NCBI GenBank assembly: GCA_965203325.1
Contig: OZ241875.1
Location: 3,712,001-3,776,000 of the forward strand
DNA: 64,000 nucleotides
Source: a bacterium
GTDB lineage: Bacteria; UBA8248
Direction of reading: 5' to 3'
The notes under the pieces are model-generated. The model was given only the letters and a program-made list of their open reading frames with translations. It had not been told where the DNA came from and made no database searches. The stretch's first letter is position 1. The number at the start of each line of letters is the position of its first letter. Position numbers and translations under genes: made by a program. Positions 19,394 to 30,032 of this stretch are shown in pieces.

Positions 19394-22300
19394 TCAAGAA
19401 CACCCACTCGTTGCGCCACAAGTCATACACTTCAGACACGTGCCGTTTCGCACCAAGGTGAATGAACCACAATCGCCACATGCCTCACCCTCATACCCTT
19501 TGGCGCGGGCTTCTTCGATACGCGAATCGAGGGCGGAGCCTGCTTCTGCTATAGGCGTCAACGAAGCGATGGTGGATTCTTTCTCATAATTCAAACTTAT
19601 CCGGTCACTGCGCGGTGCACTCGCATCCGGTCCCGGGAATACCGTTTGAATCTCCTCTTCTTCTTCGGTGTCGAATTCCGGTATCTCTTCCTGAGGGCGT
19701 CCAATCGTGTCGCTCCTCAAATCCTCCGACACGACTTGTGCAAGATCGTGGCGACCGAGATATGAAACTGCCAACTCACGGAAGATGTAATCGATGATGG
19801 AGGTGCTCATCTTGATGTGCGGGTTTCCTGAAACCGCTCCCCCGGGCTCGAAACGTGTGAAGACGAAGGCATCCACGAATTCATCCAGAGGGACGCCGTG
19901 CTGGAGACCCAGCGAAATTGCGATGGCGAAACAGTTCATGAGGCTTCTGAAGGCAGCGCCTTCTTTGTGCATATCTATGAAAATTTCGCCGATAGAGCCA
20001 TCCTCGTATTCTCCGGTTCTAAGATATACCTTGTGTCCACCGATGACGGCTTTTTGTGTGTATCCACCACGGCGGGTAGGCAACTTGCGTCTTCTGGATT
20101 GGTAAATGATCCGGCGCACAATTTGCTGAGCTACGTGCACGGGAGCGCTTTGAGTAGCTGGTTCTTCCTCATTGATGTCAGCGAAGAGTTCTGCTTCGCT
20201 TTGCGCGGAAAGGGGTTGGCTTAGTTTCGAGCCATCGCGGTAAATCGCTATGGCTTTGGTCATCCGCTGCCACGATTCATGGTAGATGTCCAAAATATCT
20301 TGAATCGTTGATTCCGCGGGCATGTTGATGGTTTTGCTGATGGCGCCTGATATGAAAGGCTGCGCCGCCGCCATCATCCGGACGTGCGCCATGGGGCTGA
20401 TGAAGCGTTTGCCTTCGCGCCCGCATTTGCTCGCGCAATCAAATACAGCCAAGTGCTCTTCTTTTAGGTGGGGTGCGCCCTCAAGCGTCATTTTCCCGCA
20501 AACGAAATCATTCGCTTCGCTGATTTGCTCTGGAGTGAAACCAATGGCTTCGAGCAGATTCATATCCCAGTCGCTTATCTGCGATTCACTGAGTCCTAAT
20601 TGCTCACGACAGAAGTCTTCACCGAGGGAGTATTTGTTGAAGGCAAACTGGATTTCAAACGCCCCTTCGAGCGCGGCTTCCACTTTTTCCAGAGCCTTGC
20701 TCGTAAACCCTTTCTCATGCAAAGACTCCGGATTGATATGAGGCGCATTCGTGAGGGTGCCCCGCCCTCGGCAATAGGCGACGATTTCGCGGACCTCTTC
20801 ATCGTCATAGCCCAGATGCCGCAAGGCAACGGGAACGGATTGGTTGATGATCTTGAAATAACCGCCTCCGGCCAGTTTTTTGAATTTCACCAAGGCAAAA
20901 TCCGGTTCGATTCCCGTTGTGTCACAATCCATCACCAGACCAATGGTGCCTGTCGGCGCGATAACTGTGGCTTGTGCGTTCCGGTAGCCGTTTCGATAGC
21001 CGATGGCCAAAGCATCGTCCCACGCTTCACGCGCCGCTTGGAGAAGATAATCGGGACAGATACCCGCAGCAATTCCGTTTGGCGCTTTAGAGAGCATTTC
21101 GTATTCTGCTTCCGGTACGGAATAAGCTGCGCGGCGGTGGTTTCTCAGAACTCGTAGCATATGTTCTTGGTTATCTTGATATCTGACGAAGGCGCCCAGT
21201 TCTCCGGCCATCTCGGCGCTGGTGGCGTACGAGCAGCCTGTCATGATCGAGGTGAGAGCGCCGCACCACGCTTCCGCTTCCGGAGAATCGTAAGGGATGC
21301 CGAGAACCATTAACGCAGTGCCGAGATTGGCATACCCAAGCCCCAGGGTACGATACTCGAATGAGCGTTTGGCTATTTCCGGGCTGGGGAATTGCGCCAT
21401 GAGCACGGAAATTTCGAGGACAACCGTCAATAGACGAATGACATGACGATAGTCTTCTATCTGGAAATGATTCTTTTCAGTATCTAGGAATTTCATGAGA
21501 TTCATGGATGCCAGATTGCATGCGGTGTCATCCAGGAACATATATTCCGAGCAGGGATTAGAACCATTGATACGCCCATCAGTGGCGCACGTGTGCCAGT
21601 CGTTGATAGTCGTATCGAATTGAAGGCCTGGGTCTGCGCAACACCACGCCGCATACCCAATCTGATCCCAAAGTTCTTTTGAACTAACGGAGTCGGCGAT
21701 TTCACCATCGGTCCGCCGAATCAAGTTCCACTTCGTATTTTTCTCGATGGCTTTCATGAATTTATCTGAAACACGTACCGAATTGTTCGAGTTTTGTCCG
21801 GACGCCGAGGCGTAGGCCTCGCCTTCCCAATTCGTGTCGAATTCCTCGAACTCGATCTCGGTGATGCCTTGCTGCGCGAGTTGAAGAGTTCGATGAATGT
21901 AATTGTCCGGAACACCGGCGAGCCTTGCGGCGCGTATCGCTTTGGCGAGCGATGGGTTCTTGTCCGGCTGATGGAGGTTGCCATTCAAGGTCAGGTTCTT
22001 CTCTTTCCGGCAAGCTCCGAGAATGGCGTTCATGTGCCGGTTGCACATCTTGCTGCCCGATACGAGCGCAGCCACTTTCTGTTCTTCGTGCACCTTCCAG
22101 TTGATGAATTCCTCGATGTCGGGATGATCGATATCGAGCGTGACCATTTTCGCCGCGCGGCGTGTCGTGCCGCCCGACTTGATGGCGCCCGCAGCGCGGT
22201 CCCCAATCTTGAGGAAACTCATCAGGCCGGAGCTTTTTCCGCCTCCCGAGAGAGATTCTCCTTCTGCTCTCAAGCTAGTGAAATTCGTGCCGGTGCCCGA

Positions 22301-22984
22301 GCCGTATTTGAAGATGCGCGCCTCTCGCGTCCATAAATCCATGATCCCACCCTCGTTGACGAGATCATCTTTCACCGATTGGATGAAGCACGCGTGCGGC
22401 TGGGGACGTTCATAGGCGTTGGTGGAGCGGAGTATTTCCCCGGTTTCGGGGTCGCAATAGAAATGGCCCTGTGCGGGGCGCGTAATGCCGTAGGCCCAGT
22501 GGAGGCCCGTATTGAACCACTGCGGCGAGTTGGGAGCCGCCATCTGGCTCGCGAGTATGTATACAAGCTCCTCATAGAACGCCTTGGCGTCCTCTTCGGT
22601 GTGAAAATAACCGTGTTTCCAGCCCCAATACGTCCAGCATCCCGCCAGGCGGTGGAAAACGTCCCGTGCGTCTTGTTCGCTCCCGTATTGCTCATCCTCG
22701 GGCAGGGATTCGAGTTTTTCCGTGTCCGGCTCCGAGCGCTGCAGCCACTCGGGCACGCCGTCTTCGGGAATCTTTTTCGAGTGGGCGGGGACGCCGGCTT
22801 TTCGGAAGTATTTTTGCGCCAGGATGTCGACGGCCACCTGAGACCAGTTCTCCGGCGCCATGATGTCCTTCGCTTCGAAGACGACCGAACCGTCCGGGTT
22901 GGTGATGCGTGAGGTGCGCGGCGCGAAACCGACCTCGCTATACGCGTCATCTCCGTCCCGTGTAAAACGCCTCGTAAACTCCAC
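19394..22984 (-). CDS. nrdJ: Vitamin B12-dependent (class II) ribonucleotide reductase with C-terminal TSCPD-like region
   Basis: [29 protein letters not shown]-terminal CGDC...[14 protein letters not shown] start after AAGGAG. Confidence 0.96.
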   Translation of the reverse strand: MEFTRRFTRDGDDAYSEVGFAPRTSRITNPDGSVVFEAKDIMAPENWSQVAVDILAQKYFRKAGVPAHSKKIPEDGVPEWLQRSEPDTEKLESLPEDEQYGSEQDARDVFHRLAGCWTYWGWKHGYFHTEEDAKAFYEELVYILASQMAAPNSPQWFNTGLHWAYGITRPAQGHFYCDPETGEILRSTNAYERPQPHACFIQSVKDDLVNEGGIMDLWTREARIFKYGSGTGTNFTSLRAEGESLSGGGKSSGLMSFLKIGDRAAGAIKSGGTTRRAAKMVTLDIDHPDIEEFINWKVHEEQKVAALVSGSKMCNRHMNAILGACRKEKNLTLNGNLHQPDKNPSLAKAIRAARLAGVPDNYIHRTLQLAQQGITEIEFEEFDTNWEGEAYASASGQNSNNSVRVSDKFMKAIEKNTKWNLIRRTDGEIADSVSSKELWDQIGYAAWCCADPGLQFDTTINDWHTCATDGRINGSNPCSEYMFLDDTACNLASMNLMKFLDTEKNHFQIEDYRHVIRLLTVVLEISVLMAQFPSPEIAKRSFEYRTLGLGYANLGTALMVLGIPYDSPEAEAWCGALTSIMTGCSYATSAEMAGELGAFVRYQDNQEHMLRVLRNHRRAAYSVPEAEYEMLSKAPNGIAAGICPDYLLQAAREAWDDALAIGYRNGYRNAQATVIAPTGTIGLVMDCDTTGIEPDFALVKFKKLAGGGYFKIINQSVPVALRHLGYDDEEVREIVAYCRGRGTLTNAPHINPESLHEKGFTSKALEKVEAALEGAFEIQFAFNKYSLGEDFCREQLGLSESQISDWDMNLLEAIGFTPEQISEANDFVCGKMTLEGAPHLKEEHLAVFDCASKCGREGKRFISPMAHVRMMAAAQPFISGAISKTINMPAESTIQDILDIYHESWQRMTKAIAIYRDGSKLSQPLSAQSEAELFADINEEEPATQSAPVHVAQQIVRRIIYQSRRRKLPTRRGGYTQKAVIGGHKVYLRTGEYEDGSIGEIFIDMHKEGAAFRSLMNCFAIAISLGLQHGVPLDEFVDAFVFTRFEPGGAVSGNPHIKMSTSIIDYIFRELAVSYLGRHDLAQVVSEDLRSDTIGRPQEEIPEFDTEEEEEIQTVFPGPDASAPRSDRISLNYEKESTIASLTPIAEAGSALDSRIEEARAKGYEGEACGDCGSFTLVRNGTCLKCMTCGATSGCS

Positions 22985-23051
22985 TTCCCGTCTCCTTCGC
23001 AGGGCGCCCCGCTATGCCGGGGCATATTTAGTATGACGAAATCAAGCCGTA

Positions 23052-23166
23052 ACACTAAATGTAGTATGTTTTGCTATCGTCTGTCAATACCCTAAAAACG
23101 GATATGCACAAAATATATGAACTTACCCACACGTTATCCCCAAATGTTGTGTTTTCCTGTGGATAA
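23052..23166 (-). promoter_or_regulatory. nrdJ promoter with two NrdR-box-like sites and DnaA boxes
   Basis: ACACTAAATGTAGTAT (23052-23067) and TCCCCAAATGTTGTGT (23137-23152); TTGACA (23087-23082)-18 nt-TACATT; perfect DnaA box TGTGGATAA at 23158-23166 plus two one-mismatch boxes at 23123 and 23134. Confidence 0.7.
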
Positions 23167-23755
23167 GCGGCGCAAGAAGGGCAATTGGGGGCAGAGTACC
23201 GCGCCGTCAGCCCGCACCGCCTCGTTTTGAGGGGCCGCGACGCGCCCCGGGAAGGTGCGCCGGAGCGCCTGAATCTGGAGGGAAGAGCCGCCATCCGCCA
23301 GGCTGATACCGCGAAAAACGCCCTGCAACTCCCCGCATTTGCGCGCATTTCCCCTCGTTAATTTATCGAAAAACACCGTGAATTTATCTGAATTTATCGA
23401 ATTTTTCAGTATTGTTCAGGAATGGTAAGGCTCGGTTTCGCCGCCCGGCGTTCGCCGCAATGACCCCCTCTCCCTGAAACCCGGATAGCGCTGTGAGAGA
23501 TTCTGCAACGGCCGTCCTCCAAGCGGCGACCCGTGGCTTCAAGAGCGAAGACCGCGCGTCGAGCAGGGGGATGGTACACCCTTTCGGAACGCGCTTCTGC
23601 GGGGAAATGCGTGGTCGAACCCGTCTGAGGATGGGGGTCAAGCGCGAGTGAGGAGGGAGCGTTTGCCGACCAATGTGGGGGTCAGCTTTTCCGGTACGGG
23701 GGTAGGAGAGACTGAGGCAGGAGGGGCTGGGCGACGGATTAACACACAGGGTCGC

Positions 23756-24121
23756 TCAGTCCTGCTCCAAGAGTACAGCCAGCTTTTCGAGCGTCTCGCC
23801 CACCACGCGCGGCGGAGCCTGCGACGCGAGGCGCGCGCCTCTGGCGCGCCAATCGAGGCTCTTCACCTGATCGGCGAGAACCACGCCCGTAACGGGGCCT
23901 TCGGCGGGCAGCGTCACCTCGAAGGGATAGCCCTTGACTCTCGAGGTGATGGGGCAGAGCAGCGCCAGACTGCTTTTCTCGTTATAGCTTCGGGGGCTGA
24001 CGACCAGCGCGGGGCGGCGACCCGCCTGCTCGTGCCCGGCCTGGGGGGTGAAAGAAAGCCAGACGACGTCGCCTCTGCCCGGAACGTAGTCCGCGCCTGA
24101 AACCTCCCGTCTCGCTATCAC
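23756..24121 (-). CDS. mazF: MazF/PemK-family endoribonuclease toxin
   Basis: YVPGRGDVVWLSFTPQAGHEQAGRRPALVVS...KGYPFEV...DQVKSLDW; GTG overlaps the antitoxin stop. Confidence 0.93.
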   Translation of the reverse strand: MIARREVSGADYVPGRGDVVWLSFTPQAGHEQAGRRPALVVSPRSYNEKSSLALLCPITSRVKGYPFEVTLPAEGPVTGVVLADQVKSLDWRARGARLASQAPPRVVGETLEKLAVLLEQD

Positions 24122-24354
24122 GCCTCGGCGCCCTGCGCCGGACCGGCGTCTTGCTCGGCGTGTAGGTTGCCCGCGTTTATTTCGGCGAGCATGTCGGCCA
24201 GTCGGTAACCTCTCTTTCTCATCACCACCCGGTCGCCGCGCGCGTTCATCTCGATGGCCGAACCCTCGCGCACGCCCCATTGCTCGGCGATGGGCTTGGG
24301 GATGCGGACGGCCAGGCTGTCCCCCCATTTGGCGATGTGCGATTTTGCACCCAT
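24118..24354 (-). CDS. mazE: MazE/AbrB-family antitoxin
   Basis: KWGDSLAVRIPK AbrB motif; AGGAGG SD; coupled to mazF. Confidence 0.92.
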   Translation of the reverse strand: MGAKSHIAKWGDSLAVRIPKPIAEQWGVREGSAIEMNARGDRVVMRKRGYRLADMLAEINAGNLHAEQDAGPAQGAEA

Positions 24355-24531
24355 GCGGTTATCCTCCTATTGAGAAATCATATCTATAATATATATCTAA
24401 ATGAAAGCGTTGTCGAGAAAAACTGAGATATTGAATGAGATTAGGGATGATATGGCCTTGACGAATCGTTTATGGAAACGCCATACATCCACGTCGGGAA
24501 TAATCCATGTCGCCGGAAATGGAGAATGTAA

Positions 24532-24705
24532 ATGAACCGGATGAATTTGATTGGGAAAGACGAACTCTTGGCGCCCGTTGAACGCCCCGCTATCGAGCTT
24601 GATGATGAGGCCTACAATGCGTTTCTCGCGGCCTTCGATACGCCTGCCGAACCGAACGAGCGCTTGCGAGAGCGCCTTAAGCGCAGGCCGTTTTGGGAGA
24701 ATTAA
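24532..24705 (+). CDS. Small DUF1778 (TacA/AtaR-like antitoxin) C-terminal-domain ORF, 57 aa, possibly a remnant
   Basis: Below the ORF-track cutoff: MNRMNLIGKDELLAPVERPAIELDDEAYNAFLAAFDTPAEPNERLRERLKRRPFWEN; GGAG SD at 24521. Confidence 0.6.
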   Translation: MNRMNLIGKDELLAPVERPAIELDDEAYNAFLAAFDTPAEPNERLRERLKRRPFWEN

Positions 24706-24778
24706 TGGGATCCGAGCCACTCGTGGTGATAAGTTAGGGTGTCTTTATGGAGGCGCATCGAACAAGAGGACTTATACA

Positions 24779-25456
24779 ATGAACACAGATTTACAAGATG
24801 ATGACATGACAAAAGAGCTTCTCAACAATTTTGAATGGGTTGTTCAGGAAATGAATAAATTTGGACATGCTGTGCTTTGCGCCGTCCCGAAAAATAATCC
24901 TGAATTTAATGAAGAAATAGTTAACTGGCAGGAGATTTGGGAGCGGGATAAAGTGCAGGATTTGGCCGAATCACTGTCGGCTGAATCCGGAATAGAAATA
25001 ACGGGGATTCGCTCGAACCGTGATGATCCTCCTGACTGCTTCGCTATTCGGACGGGAGAAGGAATAGGAATCGAAGTTACGATATTAATCAAATCGAAAA
25101 TTCTCAGGCGCATTGCTCAAGCCCGGCCAGACCGGAGAAATCGAAAATCTTATCCATCCTGGGAAAAGTTCTTAGATGAGCAATGGACCCATGAAGAATT
25201 TATAAAGGAAGTCCAGAATCTAATCATTAAGAAAGATGATAAAGCCAAGAACAAGGTTATTATTGATGTGCTCCTCATATATACCGATGAAGGTGATTTG
25301 TCGCCGGAGCGTCTAAAGGATTGGTTGTCGAATCAGAAATTTTTTGCGACTAACATTAAAGAAGTGTTTTTGCTTCGTTCTTATTGGCCGGGCTACAAAG
25401 AGCACGCACCACTATTCAAGCCGAATATTGAACGTAGTGAAATTTCTGACGAATAG
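24779..25456 (+). CDS. Low-GC hypothetical protein, possible PD-(D/E)XK-like fold
   Basis: DDPPDCF...IGIEVT motif; GAGGA SD; markedly AT-rich. Confidence 0.6.
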   Translation: MNTDLQDDDMTKELLNNFEWVVQEMNKFGHAVLCAVPKNNPEFNEEIVNWQEIWERDKVQDLAESLSAESGIEITGIRSNRDDPPDCFAIRTGEGIGIEVTILIKSKILRRIAQARPDRRNRKSYPSWEKFLDEQWTHEEFIKEVQNLIIKKDDKAKNKVIIDVLLIYTDEGDLSPERLKDWLSNQKFFATNIKEVFLLRSYWPGYKEHAPLFKPNIERSEISDE

Positions 25457-25638
25457 TTTCGTGGACCCAAAACTTAATTCCCTAGGCATTTCATTCCACA
25501 TTCTGTCGATCACTGTTCGGCCGATTTTCTTTTGATGCTTAACCTCCCAACCCCTCCCCCCATTTGGCATCGGCGCGGAACCTTGGTCTAATGGGCGCGG
25601 TTTATCGTCTTTGGAGCGCCTAACCCGAAGGAGGAAAC

Positions 25639-27045
25639 ATGGCGGCGTATGACGTGGCGGTTATCGGCGGGGGGCCTGCGGGCTACGTGGCGGGCGTGCG
25701 CGTCGCCCAGAGCGGGGGAAGCTGCGTGGTCATCGAGCGCGACGAGCTGGGCGGCACCTGCCTGAACTGGGGCTGCATCCCCAGCAAGAGCCTCATCGCC
25801 GCCGCGGAAGTGTATCGGAACATCAAGAACGCGGACGCCTACGGCATCGAGGTCACGGGCGAAGTGCGCGCCGACTTGGCCGCCATGGTCGAGCGCAAGG
25901 ACAAGATAGTCGCAGGCCTGGTAAGGGGAATCGGCGGGCTGTTCAAGGCCCACGGGGTGGCCCACATGGCGGGCGAAGCCGAGATTCTGGAGATGGGCAA
26001 AATCTCGGTGCGCGGAGAAGACGGCGAGCACGAGGTGGTCGAGGCCGGTAAGATCATCATCGCCACGGGTTCCCGGCCCGCGCAGATTCCCGCCTTTCCC
26101 ATCGACGGCGAAAAAATCATCTCATCCGAACAGGCCGTGCACCTGAAAAATCTGCCCGAGAGGGTGCTCATCGTGGGCGCGGGCGTCATCGGCTGTGAGT
26201 TCGCGTGTCTGTATAGAGAGCTCGGGGCGGAGGTGACGATGGTGGAACTGCTCGACCGCGTCCTGCCCTTAGGAGACGAGGATGTCTCGAAACTCATGGC
26301 GCGCGAACTCAGGAAGCAGAAGATCAAGGTGCGCCTGAATGAAAAGATAACGGGCGTCTCGCGCAAGGGCAGGGCAATGGTCGCCGGCTTCGAGGGTTCG
26401 GATGATGAGGAGCGCGCGGACCTGGTCCTCGTCTCCGTGGGCCGGACGATGAACACCGACGGCCTGGGTCTCGATCGAATCGGCGTCGAACTCGGCCCGC
26501 GCGGCGAAATCAAGGTGAACGATTTGATGGAGACGAACGTCTCTGGCGTCTACGCGGCGGGCGACGTGGTGGGCGAGCCCATGCTCGCGCACGTGGCCTC
26601 CGCCGAGGGGGTCGCCGCTGCGGAAAACGCCATGGGCGCGGAGATACGGATGGATTACCGCGCGATTCCGGCGGGCATCTTCACGCATCCTGAAATCGGC
26701 GTCGTCGGCATGGCCGAACACGAGGCGGAGAAGGCGGGGCACGCGGTGCGCGTGGGCAAGTTCTCGGTTCGCACGCTCGGCAAGGCGCAGGCCGAACGCG
26801 CGCTGGAGGGAGAGGTTAAGGTCATCGCCGATGCGGGGGATGACGCCATCCTGGGCGTTCACATCGTAGGCGCCCACGCCGCCGACATCGTGCACGAGGC
26901 CGCCGTCGCCATGCAGCACCGCGTCACCGCTTCGGAAATGGCAAGCACCATTCACTCCCACCCCACGCTTTCGGAAGCCGTCATGGAGGCGGCATTGGAC
27001 GTCCACGGCGAGGCCATCCACGCCCCACCCAAGAAACGTTCATAA
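25639..27045 (+). CDS. lpdA: Dihydrolipoyl dehydrogenase
   Basis: GGGPAGY, GGTCLNWGCIPSK, GAGVIG and HPTLSE motifs. Confidence 0.97.
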   Translation: MAAYDVAVIGGGPAGYVAGVRVAQSGGSCVVIERDELGGTCLNWGCIPSKSLIAAAEVYRNIKNADAYGIEVTGEVRADLAAMVERKDKIVAGLVRGIGGLFKAHGVAHMAGEAEILEMGKISVRGEDGEHEVVEAGKIIIATGSRPAQIPAFPIDGEKIISSEQAVHLKNLPERVLIVGAGVIGCEFACLYRELGAEVTMVELLDRVLPLGDEDVSKLMARELRKQKIKVRLNEKITGVSRKGRAMVAGFEGSDDEERADLVLVSVGRTMNTDGLGLDRIGVELGPRGEIKVNDLMETNVSGVYAAGDVVGEPMLAHVASAEGVAAAENAMGAEIRMDYRAIPAGIFTHPEIGVVGMAEHEAEKAGHAVRVGKFSVRTLGKAQAERALEGEVKVIADAGDDAILGVHIVGAHAADIVHEAAVAMQHRVTASEMASTIHSHPTLSEAVMEAALDVHGEAIHAPPKKRS

Positions 27046-27070
27046 GGGGGTTGTTGACCCTCCCCCCAAT

Positions 27071-27661
27071 GGGATTGTTGAACAAGCCCTATCCACCTCA
27101 TCCTGAGTAGCGGCGGAGCCGCGTATCGAAGGTCAAATGCGATTGATGAATGAGCGCTTGCTCTCGCCCGGCGCGGCTGCCGAATTCGCTCTCGAACAGC
27201 ATTGCCATCCGGCGAGAGAGAAGAGAACCACTCTCCCTTGTCAGGGGATAAAGGCAACCCCCCCTACCCCCCCTTGACAGGGGAGTAAAAGCGACGCCCC
27301 CCGGCGAGGGGCTGTTGAGAAAGCCCCGTGGAGCGATTTTGGGAATTCAGGCAACCGACGAGAGAGAAGAAATCACTCCCCCCTTGAGGGGGAGTCGAAG
27401 AGGCCGAGCGGTTTGTGCGAAGGCCGATTCGGTGGGGGGAGCTTTTTCTGTGGCATGTCCCCCCACCGATTCGCTTGCGGGCTTACGCCCTTAGCTCATC
27501 GACTCCCCCTCAAGGGGGGAGTGAAATTCAACGCGCTCCCTCAGGGGACTTTTTCAACAGCCATGACAAGGGGGGGTGGTTTTCAAGGCGACAAGGCATC
27601 CTTCGATACGCGGCTTCGCCGCTACTCAGGATGAGGCGGAGAGGACTTTTTCAACAACCCC
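27071..27661. mobile_element. Non-autonomous MITE-like element with nested inverted repeats
   Basis: 62-bp terminal IRs 27071-27132/27600-27661 (56/62 match); inner IR pair 27310-27327/27545-27562; perfect 26-bp IR 27373-27398/27499-27524. Confidence 0.75.
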
Positions 27662-27701
27662 AACAGGGGTCGTCGAAACAACCTTGCGGATTTCGGGAGA
27701 A

Positions 27702-28682
27702 CTAATACGGCACGTCGATGAGCATGCCCTCGCCCGAGCGCATGTCCTCTTCCAGAAGCTCGCGCATCGCTTTGGTCACCGGGCCGGGCTTGCCGTCCCC
27801 GATGACCTGATCGTCCCACTGCACGACGGGGGCGACGTATATCGAGCTTCCGATGAGCATCATCTCCGCGGACGCCTTGGCCTCGGCCACCGGAATGTCG
27901 TCCACAACCACGTCGGCGATGACGCCTTGATCCACGAGGCGGCTTGCGAGTTCCAGAAGCCGCTTCACAGTGCAGCCGGAGAGGATGTTCTCGAACCTGG
28001 GATGCCTTAATACGTTGTCGTTCGTCACGAAGGCGCAGTTCATGTTCGAGCCCTCGCCCACGTTCCCCGCCTCGTCCACGAAAATGCCGTTGTCGAGGCC
28101 GTGTTCTTTCGCCTCCATCTGCATGAGGGTGTTGGGCAGGTAGTTCGTGCTCTTCGTGACGGCGTAGAGCGGCGGCTTGATGGGGTAGGTGGTCGTCATC
28201 ACCTTCATGCCCTCGGCGTAGTAGCGCTCGGGGTAGTCGAGGCCGCCGAAGATCATCACGAAAAAGGCGGGCTTGGCGTCTCCTGCGGGGATGAGTCCCA
28301 GGTTCCCAGTACCCGAGGAGGCCCAGTAGCGGATCGAACCCTCGCGGCGGCCGGAGAGCGCGCTCGTGCGGATGACGATCTCGCGCATCTCCTCGCGGCT
28401 CGGCAGTTCGAGTTTCGACGCCTCCGCTGAGCGGATGAAGCGGTCCAGGTGGTTTTCGAGGTCGTAGATCTTCCCCTCGATGATGGCCGCGGTGTCGAAG
28501 ATGCCGTGGCCCCGGTGGACCATGTGGTCGTCGAAGGGGATGACCATGAGGGCGGGGTCCGTCACCACGCCGCCCAGGTGGCTCGAATAAAACGCCGAAA
28601 AATCGACCTCCTGCGTCTCGCGCAGGTTCTTGAGGCTATCGAGTACGTCCTCTCTCGTGAGCACGCCAATGGTTTCCGCCAT
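27702..28682 (-). CDS. PLP-dependent aminotransferase class IV (D-amino acid transaminase/ADC lyase-like)
   Basis: DDHMVHRGHGIFDT, HLDRF, KSTNYL, EGSNMN and ILSGCT motifs. Confidence 0.92.
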   Translation of the reverse strand: MAETIGVLTREDVLDSLKNLRETQEVDFSAFYSSHLGGVVTDPALMVIPFDDHMVHRGHGIFDTAAIIEGKIYDLENHLDRFIRSAEASKLELPSREEMREIVIRTSALSGRREGSIRYWASSGTGNLGLIPAGDAKPAFFVMIFGGLDYPERYYAEGMKVMTTTYPIKPPLYAVTKSTNYLPNTLMQMEAKEHGLDNGIFVDEAGNVGEGSNMNCAFVTNDNVLRHPRFENILSGCTVKRLLELASRLVDQGVIADVVVDDIPVAEAKASAEMMLIGSSIYVAPVVQWDDQVIGDGKPGPVTKAMRELLEEDMRSGEGMLIDVPY

Positions 28683-28863
28683 GGTTTTCTCCTATTTGTT
28701 GCATCTATTCCCTGGAACTTCAGGGAGTCATCCGGGTTGTGGATACATATTTCATCTGATTTCATCCGCATGATGCCGCTTGGGTGATTTTCCGGCAAGG
28801 GCCTGCTACATTGTCGTCCTGAGAAAGTGCTGACGGGCGCGTGCGCTGCAGGAGAGACGGGTG

Positions 28864-30006
28864 ATGCAGGAAAATGGTTTTTTGAACGAAGAGCAGAAGA
28901 TGGTGCGCGATATGGTGCGCGATTTCTGCGAGCGCGAAATCGCTCCAAAGGCGGCGGATATAGACGAGGGCCGCTTCCCGGCGGAAGTCGTGAAGAGCAT
29001 GGGCGAACTCGGGCTGATGGGCCTCACCGTGCCGGATTCCTACGGCGGAGGGGGTGCGGACCCGGTCTCGATGGCGCTGGCTACAGAAGAAGTCGCCGCC
29101 GCGTGTCCTTCGACGAGCGCGATTTTCGCCGCGCACAATTCCCTGGTCTGCGAGCCCGTGCATCGCTTCGGGAGCGAGGGGCAAAAGAAAAAGTTCCTGC
29201 GCGGTCTGGCGAGTGGCTCGTGCATCGGCGCCTTCGCCCTGACGGAACCGGGAGCGGGTTCCGACGCCGCCTCGCTCACCACCACCGCCGTGCGCGAGGG
29301 AGACGTTTACCGCATCAACGGCGTCAAGCGCTTCATCACCAGCGGCAAGCAGTCGGGCCTGTGCCTTCTCTTCGCGGTGACGGATCGCGCCATGCGCCAC
29401 AAGGGGCTGAGCGCTTTCCTGGTGCCGCGCGACGCCCAGGGTTTCGAGGTCGTGCGCAGCGAGGACAAGATGGGGATGCACGGGTGTTCGATATCGGAGC
29501 TTCGCTTCGACGCCGTGGAATTGCCCGAGGAGAACCGCATGGGGGAGGAAGGGCAGGGCTTTGAACTCGCGATGCGCATCCTCGATTCGGGACGCATCAT
29601 CGTCGCGGCCCAGGGGCTCGGCTTCGCGCGCGCATGCCTCGACGCCTCGGTGGCCTATGCGCGCGAGCGCGAGACGTTCGGCGTCCCGATAAAGGATCAC
29701 CAGCCCGTGGCGTGGAAACTCGCCGACATGGCCACGCGCGTCCACGGCGCGCGTCTGTTGACCTTGAAGGCGGCGCGGCTCAAGGCGGCGAGCGCCCCCT
29801 ATTCGGCCGAATCCGCCATCGCCAAGGTATTCGCCACCGACGCCGCCCAGCGAAACGCCGAAGAGGGCGTACAGCTTCACGGGGGCAACGGTTACATGCG
29901 CGAATACCCCGTGGAGCGCTTCTACCGGGCTTCGAAGGTGACGCAGATATACGAGGGGACGAACGAGATCCTCCGCCAGGTCATCGCCAAGCACCTGCTC
30001 AACTGA
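28864..30006 (+). CDS. Acyl-CoA dehydrogenase
   Basis: GAFALTEPGAGSD, QLHGGNGY and IYEGTNEI motifs. Confidence 0.96.
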   Translation: MQENGFLNEEQKMVRDMVRDFCEREIAPKAADIDEGRFPAEVVKSMGELGLMGLTVPDSYGGGGADPVSMALATEEVAAACPSTSAIFAAHNSLVCEPVHRFGSEGQKKKFLRGLASGSCIGAFALTEPGAGSDAASLTTTAVREGDVYRINGVKRFITSGKQSGLCLLFAVTDRAMRHKGLSAFLVPRDAQGFEVVRSEDKMGMHGCSISELRFDAVELPEENRMGEEGQGFELAMRILDSGRIIVAAQGLGFARACLDASVAYARERETFGVPIKDHQPVAWKLADMATRVHGARLLTLKAARLKAASAPYSAESAIAKVFATDAAQRNAEEGVQLHGGNGYMREYPVERFYRASKVTQIYEGTNEILRQVIAKHLLN

Positions 30007-30032
30007 TACGAAATCCGCCCACCGCCCATATA

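Noticed and set aside
19349..19396. Sec read-through of the nrdJ TGA stop (a G-starting hairpin loop also begins after 21 nt)
   Set aside because: ...GCS is the usual NrdJ C-terminus, the hairpin lacks the CTC-G(G)TC-GAG core of the two SECIS candidates, and its second copy has no upstream TGA
23123..23410. oriC
   Set aside because: Only three DnaA boxes, no dnaA/dnaN/gidA context, and they are explained by the nrdJ promoter
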